This document shows, in pieces, positions 40,601 to 51,414 of a stretch of DNA of 64,000 nucleotides. The position numbers and the translations under genes were made by a program. The notes under the pieces were generated by a model, which had not been told where the DNA came from, did not search any database, and saw only the letters and a list, made by a program, of their open reading frames with translations. Each line of letters starts with the position of its first letter. The stretch's first letter is position 1. The stretch is from Haplodiscus bocki (taxonomy: Eukaryota), in contig OZ296648.1 in the NCBI GenBank assembly GCA_965655095.1, forward strand, positions 135,656,001-135,720,000, written 5' to 3'.

Positions 40601-42798
40601 GTGGCGACATCTTCAATCACTTTACCTTGAACAACCCATTGTCTAATTAAAATGGGAATATCTGACCTGAAAAACGTGGCGGTTCTTTCAGCTTGGAACA
40701 AACGATTGCTAGTGATGTTCCAACGCCGTTTACGTCTCAACGAAACAGTACTCATACCACTATAAGACCCAACGCTCCGAAACAGTTGGTAGGTGTGGCT
40801 AGCATAATTAGCCTTTAAGCTACTCACACACGACAATGAAGGTGATGCAATAGCTAATCGTTCCTCAAACAAAGTTGGAATTCGTCCCAGCTCCGGATGC
40901 CTGGGGGGATGCAAGAACTGTAACGCACATCCCCTGTCATGCGCAGAACAAGTTTGCACAACCAAACCTTCTTTCTCATGTAACCGCACTGTGGCAGCCA
41001 CTAGAAACGTCTCTAAGCACATCAAAGGACACAGGAAGTCGAGTCTAGCGCCTCTGAGTTTCTTGAATGCAGACGCTTGGAATGATGTGAAAGTTCTGTC
41101 TATCAAGTTTATAAAATGCTGTGCTGGTATGTACCCGGGATCTTCGATAAACGTCCAACAACCAAAAGGGCAACGTATGTTTGGATACGGTTCAGAGTCC
41201 AAAGCTTCAGCCATTTCTTTTTGTCTCATTGTTTTCATTAATTGCTCGAAACGTTCCAATCTCCGTGTTCCATCAACAGTACATGTGCCAAGAATACGCG
41301 GCCGATTTAAAACACACTGGATGCAGATAGGGAAAAGGGTTATTACCCCCAGCCAATGTTGCCTTATTTCCAGCGGTAACAACGAGCAAATAGCGACTAA
41401 ACAAGCTTCTGTCTTGGAAGTATCAGAAAGGAGCGTGAAAAAAACAGCTGGCCAAGCCATTTGCCAGTCAACCTTTGGTGCAGTACAATAGCTGTAACAG
41501 GAACAACACAGATGTACAACTTCGTTTTTCAGCTTCCTACCGAACTTTCTATTAACCAATCCAGCATTGCTGTAGGCCTTAATGTCCAGTGGAAAATAAA
41601 CCGTGGCTTCCCGCATGCACTTGCAACAAATGTCAGCGCCATTGACGGTATCTGTCACAACCAATTTTGACTCAATTTCAACGGTTGATTCTTCAGGTAG
41701 TTTCGATGATGGTACAAAGTTTTCAGTTAATTTCAAAAAAATCTCATCAGTTAACTCGTCCCCAGGCAATCTGTGAAATTGATGTTGTCGATGTTGCAGA
41801 GCAGTTGGAGGAGGGCCTTTACTTTGCGTTGTAGTATTTCCTCCAGCACAAAGAGCTTCGGCCAAACAAAAAGTTGTCAAAGTTGTTTTAATTTCTCCAT
41901 TCTCGATCAAATAATTGGCGACTGGATAATCTGAAGTCCGTCTGCGCTTCTGCAAGGGCTCAGTTTCATCAAGTGCTGCAAGTGCTGTCTTCTGGATTCC
42001 GGGGCATTGAGTATTCATTGCTGAATTTCCACATTGACTACTCGAACCAGCAAAATCTTCTGATAGGAGTAATGAAGTGTGGTATGTTTCGGTCAAGCCA
42101 CTAATTACCTCAAAGTGATCTCCGGTTCGCGTTTGTTGAATGAAAACTCCTTGTCTGTCATTTGAGCAGTCGCATTTGTAAACGAGCCAACTTTTCAAAA
42201 TACTGTGGTATACATAAACGTCCAATTTAAAAATTTGACAAAAGGTATAAATTTCCACACAAGTGCCAAAAACTCCATTTTCTGCCATTCGCGATGTCTT
42301 CAGGTAGTGGTTGACAGTTGGGCTGGTGAGAAGTTTGTTCTGGTTGGGGAACTCAGCGGAATAGATTGAGGTTTGCAAACTGTTTTCCGGAAAAGTCACC
42401 GAGTCCATGTTACTCACAATAAGTTTCCTCAAATCATGACCACTTTCATGAGATAAACCGACGGCTACGCCCAGAGCAGTGAAAAGACAATTACCATCAC
42501 CCGTTATAGAAAGACTCTGCGAGGGTTGAACAGAACTGAGGCGAATGTTAGTTTTATTCACAATTATGCCGCTTGTTGGGGAACAGGACAGTCCCATCGC
42601 TTCCAACGTTGATTCTAAGTGCAGGGTATCAACAGAGGAGACCAGCAAATTACTGTCAGGTATGCTGTACAAAATTCCTAATGGTTCGCTAGTAGAAGAA
42701 ACATTGTCAGTGTTATTTGGACAGGAGTGATTACGTTCACTGAAGCGTCCACATTTTGCACAGCGACGTCTTTTAAAATCACTCTTACCAGATGGCAT
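34699..42798 (-). CDS. RepHel transposase: OTU cysteine protease + Cys-rich regions + HUH (Y2) Rep + Pif1-like SF1B helicase + C-terminal GIY-YIG endonuclease (~2699 aa from ATG 42798)
   Basis: OTU GDGNCLF...HFEVI; Rep motifs PTYFVTYTC, RYEWQ...PHIHA, YVAKY; helicase GAPGTGKT, FVEEISM, GDFFQLPP, RIQFPL...TIHKTMG, LYVVMSRV; GIY-YIG GYCYVI...LYIGST...RRIREHN...RPW...FEK. The ATG was chosen by alignment with E2. Confidence 0.95.
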   Translation of the reverse strand: MPSGKSDFKRRRCAKCGRFSERNHSCPNNTDNVSSTSEPLGILYSIPDSNLLVSSVDTLHLESTLEAMGLSCSPTSGIIVNKTNIRLSSVQPSQSLSITGDGNCLFTALGVAVGLSHESGHDLRKLIVSNMDSVTFPENSLQTSIYSAEFPNQNKLLTSPTVNHYLKTSRMAENGVFGTCVEIYTFCQIFKLDVYVYHSILKSWLVYKCDCSNDRQGVFIQQTRTGDHFEVISGLTETYHTSLLLSEDFAGSSSQCGNSAMNTQCPGIQKTALAALDETEPLQKRRRTSDYPVANYLIENGEIKTTLTTFCLAEALCAGGNTTTQSKGPPPTALQHRQHQFHRLPGDELTDEIFLKLTENFVPSSKLPEESTVEIESKLVVTDTVNGADICCKCMREATVYFPLDIKAYSNAGLVNRKFGRKLKNEVVHLCCSCYSYCTAPKVDWQMAWPAVFFTLLSDTSKTEACLVAICSLLPLEIRQHWLGVITLFPICIQCVLNRPRILGTCTVDGTRRLERFEQLMKTMRQKEMAEALDSEPYPNIRCPFGCWTFIEDPGYIPAQHFINLIDRTFTSFQASAFKKLRGARLDFLCPLMCLETFLVAATVRLHEKEGLVVQTCSAHDRGCALQFLHPPRHPELGRIPTLFEERLAIASPSLSCVSSLKANYASHTYQLFRSVGSYSGMSTVSLRRKRRWNITSNRLFQAERTATFFRSDIPILIRQWVVQGKVIEDVATDLSQYQPKNEKLMEHVGVDLDTCIRLTKVMDKNEQELLSNVKFLQCYALAQPNNEHGCSPPPLINDTGDTLWFLQAACCISPILCSSMVSGVNHVLAKNMFSLLRHTFARFGKESKLQRISEAQADIDSILNNAATNNDNPILISNFLQAGGVVLHALCADLCHLQLSQRIELTEKILRDVKVDTKHVIATTTDVNNLRNKVNPPLNIVLFDVQFELVGCGCGSRGTDAVILLRHGGRFCNFWRILKANKFAEPLLDSPETLVEKILRGYWTFLIYRGTNSKKVSTVKWHYLSNLSGQGVFICDKHDVPLTKDFRRSNYFCRCGRSSFLRCAYSKCNSCVCKKHFDEGMKHPNLRVLVAPLAERKLTPEVPNAEAAINPTQCELNSNIASVCDEDKSFVEPDLSTNCLSQNSSSSVASFLCNNMNANSISESQLAMNKLNVCSGERAIVAVQEASREEDYNIPLHILLNSRCNLLHRKRSHPISLTVKEKRFMENITASSTSSTPLLQPEGLLFPTIFWSQSFDGSIEGAIPISLFQSEKYNKQVGFAGLENMLRTRITDGSLLTSSHASYLQFVFDCLLNLQLSKTDIRIVLNRGWQELGSKPTNYQYYSAETFKFDCEESRKNVCEVAALIRDKNPTYFVTYTCGQSTHPGLRKIFEAIDKLYPPDMTSKELRLSVIQSELMPMLRCWHRASQYVMQWLKCSAEQPLGPVSHLWMRYEWQDETSAFPHIHALVCTGENKFGPEVQSRVCCSKETFMGALNDCCPALSDSERFRLGELFQKYQRHDCGKGKNRCKKKTDWLGKPVCRVPKYPASVGFSYKQIQPNYSEETWDLLRAMKLSYIDPNSSTDKAEEELKAGKHHYPAAYNEHISPTNAALFAFTESSTNVQICDDEMCSRYVAKYAAGVEGRAFTKIVASAGEDEVKVQTEPIVNEKIAGVQTSVTKKRRDDDKRKSVTGRIVSITECLWWALQLPYVCTNVDFIHVPTVPKEFRSGIVIEKQIARTMNFSAVFAEAVRIRKNVLKLPKHRQLTRNQELLLADVEASSITPDKVTIFGLRPPELLFVSSLKSYFSWFVRFKINSSKGKSSHEILLSRASCNDFWVDCLGYAIKIRPPAISDFLDFCSTRSDNRRDEVLKQECRKHVLPKLQGTNSCPRLVAYNHCFSDQKAIVVFTNTLPSSPTKFLLHFVLTFGSFDTELDILAVSSLRESFIAAKLVERNNITVAVVLQLARRYLLQQLRFVPGSSKLIDKFLLMANSVLGEALLENNLYFASGVPAVLDRTISADSEENVAVDLTISKSRLVEFLHTCQTGLPSEESMIDASLTAPVDWKPDFGRHPSQTVTSYCEQSKILKYLVEIVDLYRGGTQNFVRHQIIAGAPGTGKTFIMLRALSYAICQGLNCMVTSLAAERSAALGGKHLNALIPFPVEKNGTVNSLSRVALSSLQKSPDRSRFLQNLDVLFVEEISMISSELWAATDHVFQIICSNYVPFAGKLIIATGDFFQLPPPKGSCLISSSFPLTTFHFSFLQHFVRMQNETGQKVLSLMSTFPRTTAIGNQIWSLIERNCNFVDCWDDVPNDTIRIFATRKAERYATFKKIIQVKDSGSQFYESSSTDEMCVSSTDNWIEASGPATKFLNKKCLESQSLFLFPGAILRLTVNKPNVMAFQGQLCVLVSLDSLADNGTVTVALAPAGCRSIPPLSVIRRSWRCIVLAKEIGVNIRLNHRTICRRIQFPLKLYVASTIHKTMGETLPTVATQIVGAQEFSLWLPEQLYVVMSRVRSLADITFVGSKQSNEGAILSLLCKKSQWSELTTEILQKCSSRDPTIFHGSTDPFPSTISIPQENVGYCYVIQSVPQNNLLYIGSTMCLNRRIREHNVGLGASFTHDPSRRPWVLCAYVTGFLASSSTERIRFFEKQWLGAVTKVLNLRKKNISLPNALSAAENLIMNWPHKEDVLKLVICCNQPILH

Positions 42799-42994
42799 TA
42801 CTCTTTCACAAGCAAATTCGCGCAAAAGTTTATCAATCACTCATCTTTAATAGTGAATACATTGTAAAGAGTTGGCGCCATTATAGAACCAACGTACAAA
42901 ATGACATCGTTTTGCTCGGCTTTCAAACTGTTCAATTAAGGGAAGCATCTAATTAATTCGGAAATCAGTATCCAGAAAAACATATGCAATGTGG

Positions 42995-43032
42995 GCCTTG
43001 GTTTTGCGCAGGTAACGAAGCAAAACCAAGGC
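42995..43032. promoter_or_regulatory. Perfect 13-bp inverted repeat, 12-nt spacer, upstream of E1 RepHel
   Basis: GCCTTGGTTTTGC-N12-GCAAAACCAAGGC; identical arms in E2. Confidence 0.8.
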
Positions 43033-46000
43033 AATTATCAGAGAAAGAAAACAAACAGGTTTTTACTCGGAGAGGCGGCGTTGTAATTAGTGTTAATTGC
43101 GACTCTTGTATCGTGTTTAAAAATCGTATGCATGAACTTTTTTTCCGTTCACCCATACAAGTGGAACATATCTCGATGTTACGGATTGCCGTCAATTAGT
43201 ATTGTGTACACGGCGAGTTCGCTTAATTCCCAATTTTTTTTGCCCAATTGTGAGGGGATCAGACTACATTGCCCATCACAATCGTTCTTAAAAGCCAAGA
43301 ATGTTGAGTTGGAAAAATCAATTGAGAACGCATGAGTGTTGAGGCGACCTATACGAATTCCCTAAGCTGTTTGAGAAAATGCGCACTTTATCACTTTAGT
43401 TAACTTAAAATAACATATCATGAAAAATGAGCAGGAAAGAAAGGGAGTAAAAATAAAGTTTTTCCCAGAGCCAACTACTAAATCAGGCAAACTGAAATTA
43501 CGCCCTATAGTTTATGACTGAAGTCTGACAACAGGTGAAAATTCCCTCCGGAAAAAAAATCTTCCTGTAAAAAACCCAAAAACCTAACAACTTAGGTAAC
43601 TATGATTGAAAGATTCTCACAATCCTGTCACTCTCTTCAGAAAACCCTGGCATCCAAAATCATTCCATGGAACGGAGGTTATGGAAGCTGTCAGAACCAA
43701 GTGAGTCAGCTGACAAAACAAATGCTTGCAGCAGCGGTTGATCAATAAAATTTAGATCTATAATATCGACGGCGATTATGTAACTTGCTAAAAATAAAAA
43801 ATTCAATTTCATGATCGGACAGAAGAGATTGGATTTTTGAAACTTTGAAACAAGAAAAAGGAGGGGCAGTCTTCTCCCCGCGAAAAATCATGATTACACT
43901 TTTAACTCGTCAAAGTTTCATTTGAACAATTAAAGAACAAAATCAGAAATCGTTTGCTTACAAGTGCGTCTCAAAGTTGATGCACAGTCAGACGCGTGGT
44001 ACTTCAACGCCAAAGATAACACACAGTTTGCTATGAACGTTCAAGCAGTAGTTTTCGTCAATAATTTTTTTCCACACGCAATGTTTTTTCGCTAACATCT
44101 CTACAAAACACGTGCGAATCCAAACAGTTTCGTTGGGAAAACAAATTTTTTGTGGTCAAAACTAACGATAATATGATCTCAGTTTTGATCATTCGGTCCT
44201 GAATTTCCTTCCAAAAATGGTAAATCCGATTGAATGGTTGAACACATGGAAAAAAGAACGAAACCCACAGGCAACACAAACATGAAGAACTTTCAATATC
44301 AGTAAAAACACGATGAAATGAAGCACAAACTGTCAAGTTTGTTAGAAAACTATAGGTAATGTGAGTCTGCGAACTTGCACGTAAACACTTTGTAGCTTCT
44401 AGGCAGTAGACGGGTAAAAAATAAATGGAAACAATTTCTCTTCCGGAGCAAAACCATTGACACGCTCAGCTTTGAGGAGCCCGTTGACACTGTTCGTTCA
44501 ACGGCAATCATCTTTGGCATCAATCGGGATGATTTTAAAGTTACGATTATGTTGTATACTTTTCAAATTTTTCCCGCGTCTCATGCTCCATCAAACACAA
44601 TAACAATTCATGTACGCTGATAACAGTGGAGTTCCCCTTGTAAATTGGAAATTTTGGAACAATACTTAGTAGTCAGTCAACGATTCTACAAGCATTATCC
44701 AGCATTGTTCGTCCAAAAAAACGTCAGTAAAGTAAATCACCCGAAACAAATAGCACAATTTATCGACTGCGATCAAAAGATGTCGACCATTATCAGTTGA
44801 GACTTCAGTGAGTCAGGATTCACAGGATGAAGAGTTCAAACGATCGAATCACATACCAAAACTGTCTACTTCAGAGGGTTCCAATGAGGGATGAGAAATT
44901 GGCAATGTGGAGCTGACCTTAAAGAATTTATGATTTGATATAAAAATTCACTATCCAAAAACTAACTTCGTCAAGACTTCTTGGAATAAAACACACCCAT
45001 AAATCGCTCGTTCGCGGATAATTTTTTCTGACAACGACAAGATTTTTTCACACAACATTTCAAAGTTAATTTGAAAAAGTGTAAAACTCCGATATCTATG
45101 CGTCAGAACCAATCAAATATGATCTTTCGAAAAACTCCGATAAAAGTGGTTGTGAAAAACGCGACCACTTTTGAACAGTATGTAAAAGAAAAAAAGTCTT
45201 TAAAACCGGAAACACTCAAAAAAGACATCAAGAGTGAAGGGGCAGCGTTTTAACTGTACACGTAACCTTCAGATATTGTTAAAAGTGCTTCCATTAACCA
45301 AGTTTTATGTTGGCAAAAGCTGAAAATGTAGAGAATGAAAATACCACTTTTACGACTTGATAAATGAAAGGTACATATTCAATCGACTTCATAGTACTGA
45401 TCCGTCATCAAGTTGGTCATCATGTTGTCATAATACTTGGTTTACGATAATTTGATGAAAACAACTGTCTCAATTCAATGATGAATGTGGCCAGTAACTT
45501 TTTCTCATCTGGTTATTTTCCGGAAGCATGAAACGGTCTATATATGTTTTGGACGAGATATGAATATTATAGTTACATATTGGATGAAAGGTTTTGGCGC
45601 AGAACTTCCTATTGTTGAATTTTTCTAGTACAGAACTCCTAAATGTACAATTTCATGTTTCAAAAAAATTAAACTGATTTGCAATAGCACATAACACCTA
45701 TTTTGTTCCTCTGAAGCACAAAGAAAGGCAACCAGAAACAGCAAAAAATGCTTCGGGAACATCTCATTGCGCAAACAAATGATTTCTTCAAAAAATCTGG
45801 ATTCAATGAATGGAAAGGAGCTCCACTGAAGACGTCCATTGATATGGAAGCCGGTCAGGGGTAGGTCTGTGTAGTTATAGTTTAATTCTGCAGCTGATAA
45901 AATGGAGAATTTGTTACTTCACCGTTGTGAGCTGACTTCGGGAAAAAGTCGATCGGAAAGTACGTTTGCCATCCTTCGTTGCTGCTGTCACGAATTTCAA

Positions 46001-46273
46001 AAGAAAAAAGAAACTTTCATAGGTTTTGCAGAACATAGCTACATTTACGGTGTGAAACAAACCGTGCACAAAGCAGTTGAATCTGCGTTGTGCGAGCTAA
46101 TCTTGAGCCTGGAGAAAGGATTCGTAAAAAAGAACAAACCACAGTTTCCAGTTTATAACAACAACAATTTAATTTAGAATTGCAGACCAATCACCAGAAT
46201 TGATGCAGAAAAAGAAAGTTGGATGGAAAAAATCCCGCCCTCTAGTAAATTGCACCGTTGCCTCCACTGGGTG

Positions 46274-47324
46274 GTCACGGGATTGCGCCCCACATTAGTC
46301 CTTGCGAGGCGGGGGAGGGGCCCCTTTGCCTCGCGTTAAAATATAAGAAAAAACAAATATGCACAAACGGTATAAGGAATTAGCGATCTCAGCTCCCACC
46401 CATACGATTTGGATCAAACTTTGCATGCGGGCATAACTTTCAATTCTAAGAACAATGGTGCAAGTTAGATCATTCTAGCAAAAATGGTTGAGGAATTATG
46501 ACGGGATGATTCTGTTTTTGGCCTCATTTTGCAGTTTTTTACCGACAGCCCTGCAAGTAACCACATGCATTTGGCCGAAACTTTTCGTGTGAAGCAGAGT
46601 AACTAAGAGCTACACGCATGCAAAAATTTTTCTACCAACTCGTCATAGGTGTTGAGATGTGACGGATCAAAGTTGGAAAAAAATGCCGGAAATCGATCAT
46701 TTCGTCATATCTCCCACTTTGATGCACATAGATTTCGTTCTGCAGCGGCTCCATTGTGAAATTGACTCCATAACTTGAAAGACAATTTTTCGACGATACA
46801 AAATTTTTGGCCATTTTGCCGAAAAAAATGACGGTTATGACGAAAAAAAATCAGAAAAAAAATTGAAAATTTCCAAAAACCCAGTTTTCATTCAGGAATT
46901 CAAATCTGGCATTTCTTTCTCCAGTTCTTCTTCAGAATTCTCTTACTGCGTAGCTTTCTGAAATTTAGCATCTTTCGTGGGTTGAAGTTTTGAAGTTTTT
47001 CCGGGGAAAAATTAGTATTTAATTTGGTCCGAAAGTGAGGGAAAAATTCTCACAAGTCAAATTGTTAATTGCCCCGCCCCGTTGTTTCGTAGATTAGCGA
47101 AGCGACCCGGAGAAACAACGGGGCCAAAACTTTCGCAAGTTTCATCCTCGATGTCCTTTCGACATCAACGAAGATTTCACAGGCTCAATTTCAATGCATA
47201 AAACATGCGTTTGCAAAAATCAATACTGTGTTCGAGGAAAAGACTAGCAGTTTTTTTTCCTGTTTCAGAGGTGTATATCCAGTGACCGCCACCTGGTGAT
47301 TTTCACCGGTGCCTCCACTGGGTG
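46274..47324 (-). mobile_element. E0': second copy of the non-autonomous element
   Basis: Direct repeat of 28327-29378 at offset 17946-17947. Confidence 0.85.
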
Positions 47325-48961
47325 GTCAGGGGATTGCGCCCCACATAGGTCCTCGCGAGGCGGGGGAGGGGCCCCTTTGCCTCGCGTTGAAATATAGGAA
47401 ATAAGAAATACGCACATACGGTATGGGGAATTTGCGATCTCAGCTCCCACCCATACGATTTGGATCAGACTTTGCATGCGGGCATAACTTTCAATTCTAA
47501 GAACAATGGTGCAAGTTAGATCATTCTAGCAAAAATGGTTGAGGAATTATGACGGGATGATTCTCATTTTTGGCCCATTTTCGCAGTTTTTTTCTGCTAG
47601 CACCACAAGCAGCCAAAAGCATTTGGCCGAAAATTTTTGTGTGAAGCATAATAACTGTGGGCTATACACATGCAAAAAAAATTCTGCCAACTCGTCATAG
47701 GTGTGGAGATATGACGGATCAGAGTACGGAAAAAATGGCGAAAATCGGTCATCTCGTCATATCTCCCACATTGATATAGATAGCTTGCGTTTTCGAGCGG
47801 CTCCATTGTGAAATTGACTCCATAAATTGAAAGATAATTTTCCGACGATAAAAAATTTTTGGCCAAACTGCCGAAAATAATGACGGTTATGACGAACTTT
47901 TCAAAAAAAAAAACATAAAAATCACAAAAAATCAAAAATTGCCGCAGAATTTGATTATGACACTTAAACAGGCGCATGGCGAACGTCGGCAGGAATTTTT
48001 GCCTGCAATTTATTGAAAGCAACTGTTCTTTTAACAAACAACTTCAAGTTGGATGAGTTTCTGGGAAGAAAACTTAAAACTTTTTTCCAAATGAGTACTT
48101 TCAAAATTTGACGATCGAAAATGTTTTAACTTTCTCAAAAACTTGCTCACCCATGTTGTCAATTTGTAGGCAGTAGGATCCCAGATTTTACTTTGTGAAA
48201 ACAACCTGAATGAAACAAATGAATCTGTATAGACTTCAGAAAAAACACTTCCCTAAAAATTCGTATGAAAGTTTATTCCCATTCTTCCGTAGGAGAAAAT
48301 TACAACACTTTCTAGTTTTATTCCTTTTCCTTGTTTTACAAAACGTTCACTGTATCAGACGTCAAGCAACAAACTGACAGTGTGCACTGAGCCCGATAGA
48401 AGAACAAGACATCGTTTCAAAGTTCAAAACTTTTGGTGATGAACGGATAGTAAGATTTAACATAACAAGAAAGAAGTTAATTGCATGACATAAAAAGCTC
48501 ACAACTTCTACACTAACCAACGATCCACATTCAAAAGCAACACGAATTACCACAATGTTCTGAGCTACTGAAAAACATATGTTCACAGAGACAAGTCGTC
48601 GGCAGTTGCAAACTAATTTCCATTGTTCAACAACAACTATTTTGACATTAGTGTTTACAGTTCTACAAAAACCAACAATCAACCTTTGGGTACTGATAAG
48701 TAGTGGAAAGTTAAACTTTATCATAAACAAGAAAATTGAACGTTAGGTTTCAAGATTGAAAAGGAGGAGAACAAATTTTGGTTTGAAAGAACGAGGACAA
48801 CTTTATCAGTTGACTTTTTTTCCGAAACTTGTTAATTTGTGCATCTTTTTTTCAGCAACCACCTTGCGGTCGATTGCGAAAGGAGAGATTGGTTTTGAAA
48901 GCCTGCAAGCAGCTGATGCGGTGGAGAAAGAACGTTCCTCTGAGGAGTAAGTCTAGATCAG

Positions 48962-49972
48962 CTATCGTACGTTGTTCGGGTTGTTAGGAGCACCGACGTT
49001 AGCATTCGCATGTTGCAAAGCTGGGGGCTCATTGCCAATATTGGCGTTGCATGGCACAATGTTGTATTTCAAATTAAAAGACACTTCAACGGCAGGCGTA
49101 ATTTTGCCAATTCGGACACGTTGTACGTTTTGTGCAAGTTTTTCGTCTGTGGATCCACTTTTGTAAAATCCACATACCTGCCACCCTCCATTCTCATTTA
49201 CAAATTGGGACACCTGGTTAACAGCATTCCGCAGTTGTTGCGAATCGATTGATGCATATTAACTTCTAATATTTGCTTCGCTGCAAAACATTTTTGTCAG
49301 GTTAAGACTTTGTATTATTTCTCCCTTGAGGGAGTCTTCGTCTTCATTTTCGATGTCACGACTGACAATTCGGGCGCACATTACCCAAGCTGAAACAGGA
49401 GATTTCTGTATACAGGGGCATACAGAGTCAATTCGTTTTTCTCGTCTGTCACACATGAAGCCTGAGCAAGTTGGAGCTACAGCACCTGCTTGTAAGAAGG
49501 TGAGGGGTCTGTTTGGCAAGCAAAAGTGAAACATTGCTGTCGTTGATGGGTGGAGATCTATGGGAATTGGCAACAATGGAATATTGTTAACCACAACTTC
49601 CAAAGGAAGAAAGACATGGAAAATTGGATTACTGCGGTCATTGCCGAGACAAGAATTTGAGAATACAGGTTCTTTTACGTCCACAATTGACCCTACTGTT
49701 AACAGAGTGTCTCCGAACAAAAAATAGCTTTTCTGTGCAGACTCCGCAATCACAGCAAAGCATTCTTTTGAATTGATCTCGCCTAGTATGACTAATCGAT
49801 CATAACTGGTATCGAGGGCACCTCTCTTGTTTTTGATATTTTGCGGTCTAAACAACTGCAAAGGTTTGTCGTATTTCTTAATAACTAGAACGATAACTCT
49901 GACGAACGTATTTTCGCTTCGACGCAAAAAACTTGGTGCTGTTACTTGGGAGGTGTTCACTTGAGTTGTCAT
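48962..49972 (-). pseudogene. E2 copy of the Cys-motif accessory gene with an in-frame stop
   Basis: ORFs 49259-49972 and 48962-49213 are in the same frame; TAA at 49259-49261 (IRS*YASID vs E1 IRSAYTSID). Confidence 0.87.
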
Positions 49973-51414
49973 AGTCTGAAATCAAACGTGGTTGAAGCTG
50001 CCTGAGAACTGAAAAATTGGAACATTCAAAACCATGCTTTTTCCTTTTTTTAAAGATTCTGTGAACGCATTTTCTTATAAGGTTCAATGAAGTCAACAGT
50101 CAAGTAATTTTGGTTTGAAGCATTTAATCCAGTCAATTAGCGCTATTGCTTCAAGTAAAGCAACCTGTTTATCAAAAAAATCACAAGTTTCTCAATTATT
50201 CAGAGTTCTCAAATCTTCTTTATCATTAAGTTTATTTCATAGGAATGTTATGTTACACTTACAGTTATCTTACTGTTCAACGCATCATGCTTTATCGATC
50301 AGTAACACTCAAGGCAATAGAAAAAAATTGGTGATCAATGCATTCGAATACACCGTTATTACATCGGTTTTTTTTGTCCACAAAACTTGTATAAAGTTAA
50401 GCATTATAAATTATATTTTCATTGCAGATGTTCCACAACTGAAGTTTAATACGAGCTCAAACCTGCACAATGTTTGCTATAACGTTTTTTTGCGAGGACA
50501 AGAACAAACATTTCGAAAGAAAATTTTAATCAAAAAAATATGAACAATCCTTCTAACAGTATGGCCGACGTTAGTTGATCACCCTCAAAAATTTGAAATA
50601 ACAAAAGTTTTTTAACAAACAATGTAACTATGGAGTACACTATTTCAGCGAAAACGTGAAGGACTTGTGACGACTCATAGCGGACGGCGACCATCACAAA
50701 ATTGTTCCAATGAAAACGAAGCGTCAAAACTTTAAAGACGTACAGATCACCATGCGGTTGAAATCTTTACAGCGTCATCACAAACCAACTTTAAATTGAA
50801 TGAGGCACGAAGACAAAGTTTAAAATAATAAACATGTTGTAATGTACGCCAAAATGCAAGGTGTATGGAACAAAAAATTTTCAAAACTCCAAAGAAGTAG
50901 AGGCCACCATGCGGTCGAACTCTTTTACAAATTAATTAGTAACAAATTACAAACCGAAAGCGACACGAAAACAAAATTAAAACACTGTCCTAGCAGCGTC
51001 AATTAGCCAAGATTATTCGAAATCAGAAAAGCACCTTTGTTTGTTTTTAATGGTAGCACCAATAAAATTTCTAAATTGTGTTATCATGAAAAAACTACCA
51101 AGAGTATTCGAAACATAGGTGCAACGACCAAGATTGTAATACCATTTTCAAAAAACTTTCAAATGAAGCCTAGAACAACTCACGGCCGGATCTTCACCAC
51201 TTCCAGTGGACGTAGCGGTTTTTGCGATGGGAGAGTCTCCTGATTGAATATCCTAAACGACATTGGTGTTAGAATGGAAGTTTATGGAAAAAACGTAAAC
51301 CTTCTATAGATAAATTCCAAAGAGTTTAAAGCTAGAAACATTCAATTGCTGGAAAGTTGATATGAACCGCAAATTACTGGAATCAGTACTGTTTTTCAAC
51401 ATTCTAATGTACTG

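Larger units (their letters stand above)
29379..46273 (-). mobile_element. E1: putatively autonomous Helitron-like rolling-circle element (16.9 kb)
   Basis: Encodes an uninterrupted RepHel plus two accessory genes; bounded on both sides by TGCCTCCACTGGGTG|GTCA junctions. The exact cut position is uncertain by a few bp. Confidence 0.9.

Noticed and set aside
29347-46246. Canonical Helitron 3' ends CTGG|T (29347-29351) and CTAG|T (46242-46246) on the + strand
   Set aside because: The genes run the other way, no good hairpin precedes the E1 CTAG, homology continues across the site, and the satellite junction lies about 28 bp further along the conserved core. Disfavoured but not fully excluded.
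28327-47324. E0/E0' as LTRs of a retrotransposon
   Set aside because: No TG...CA ends, PBS/PPT, RT or integrase; the repeats share termini with the RepHel elements themselves.
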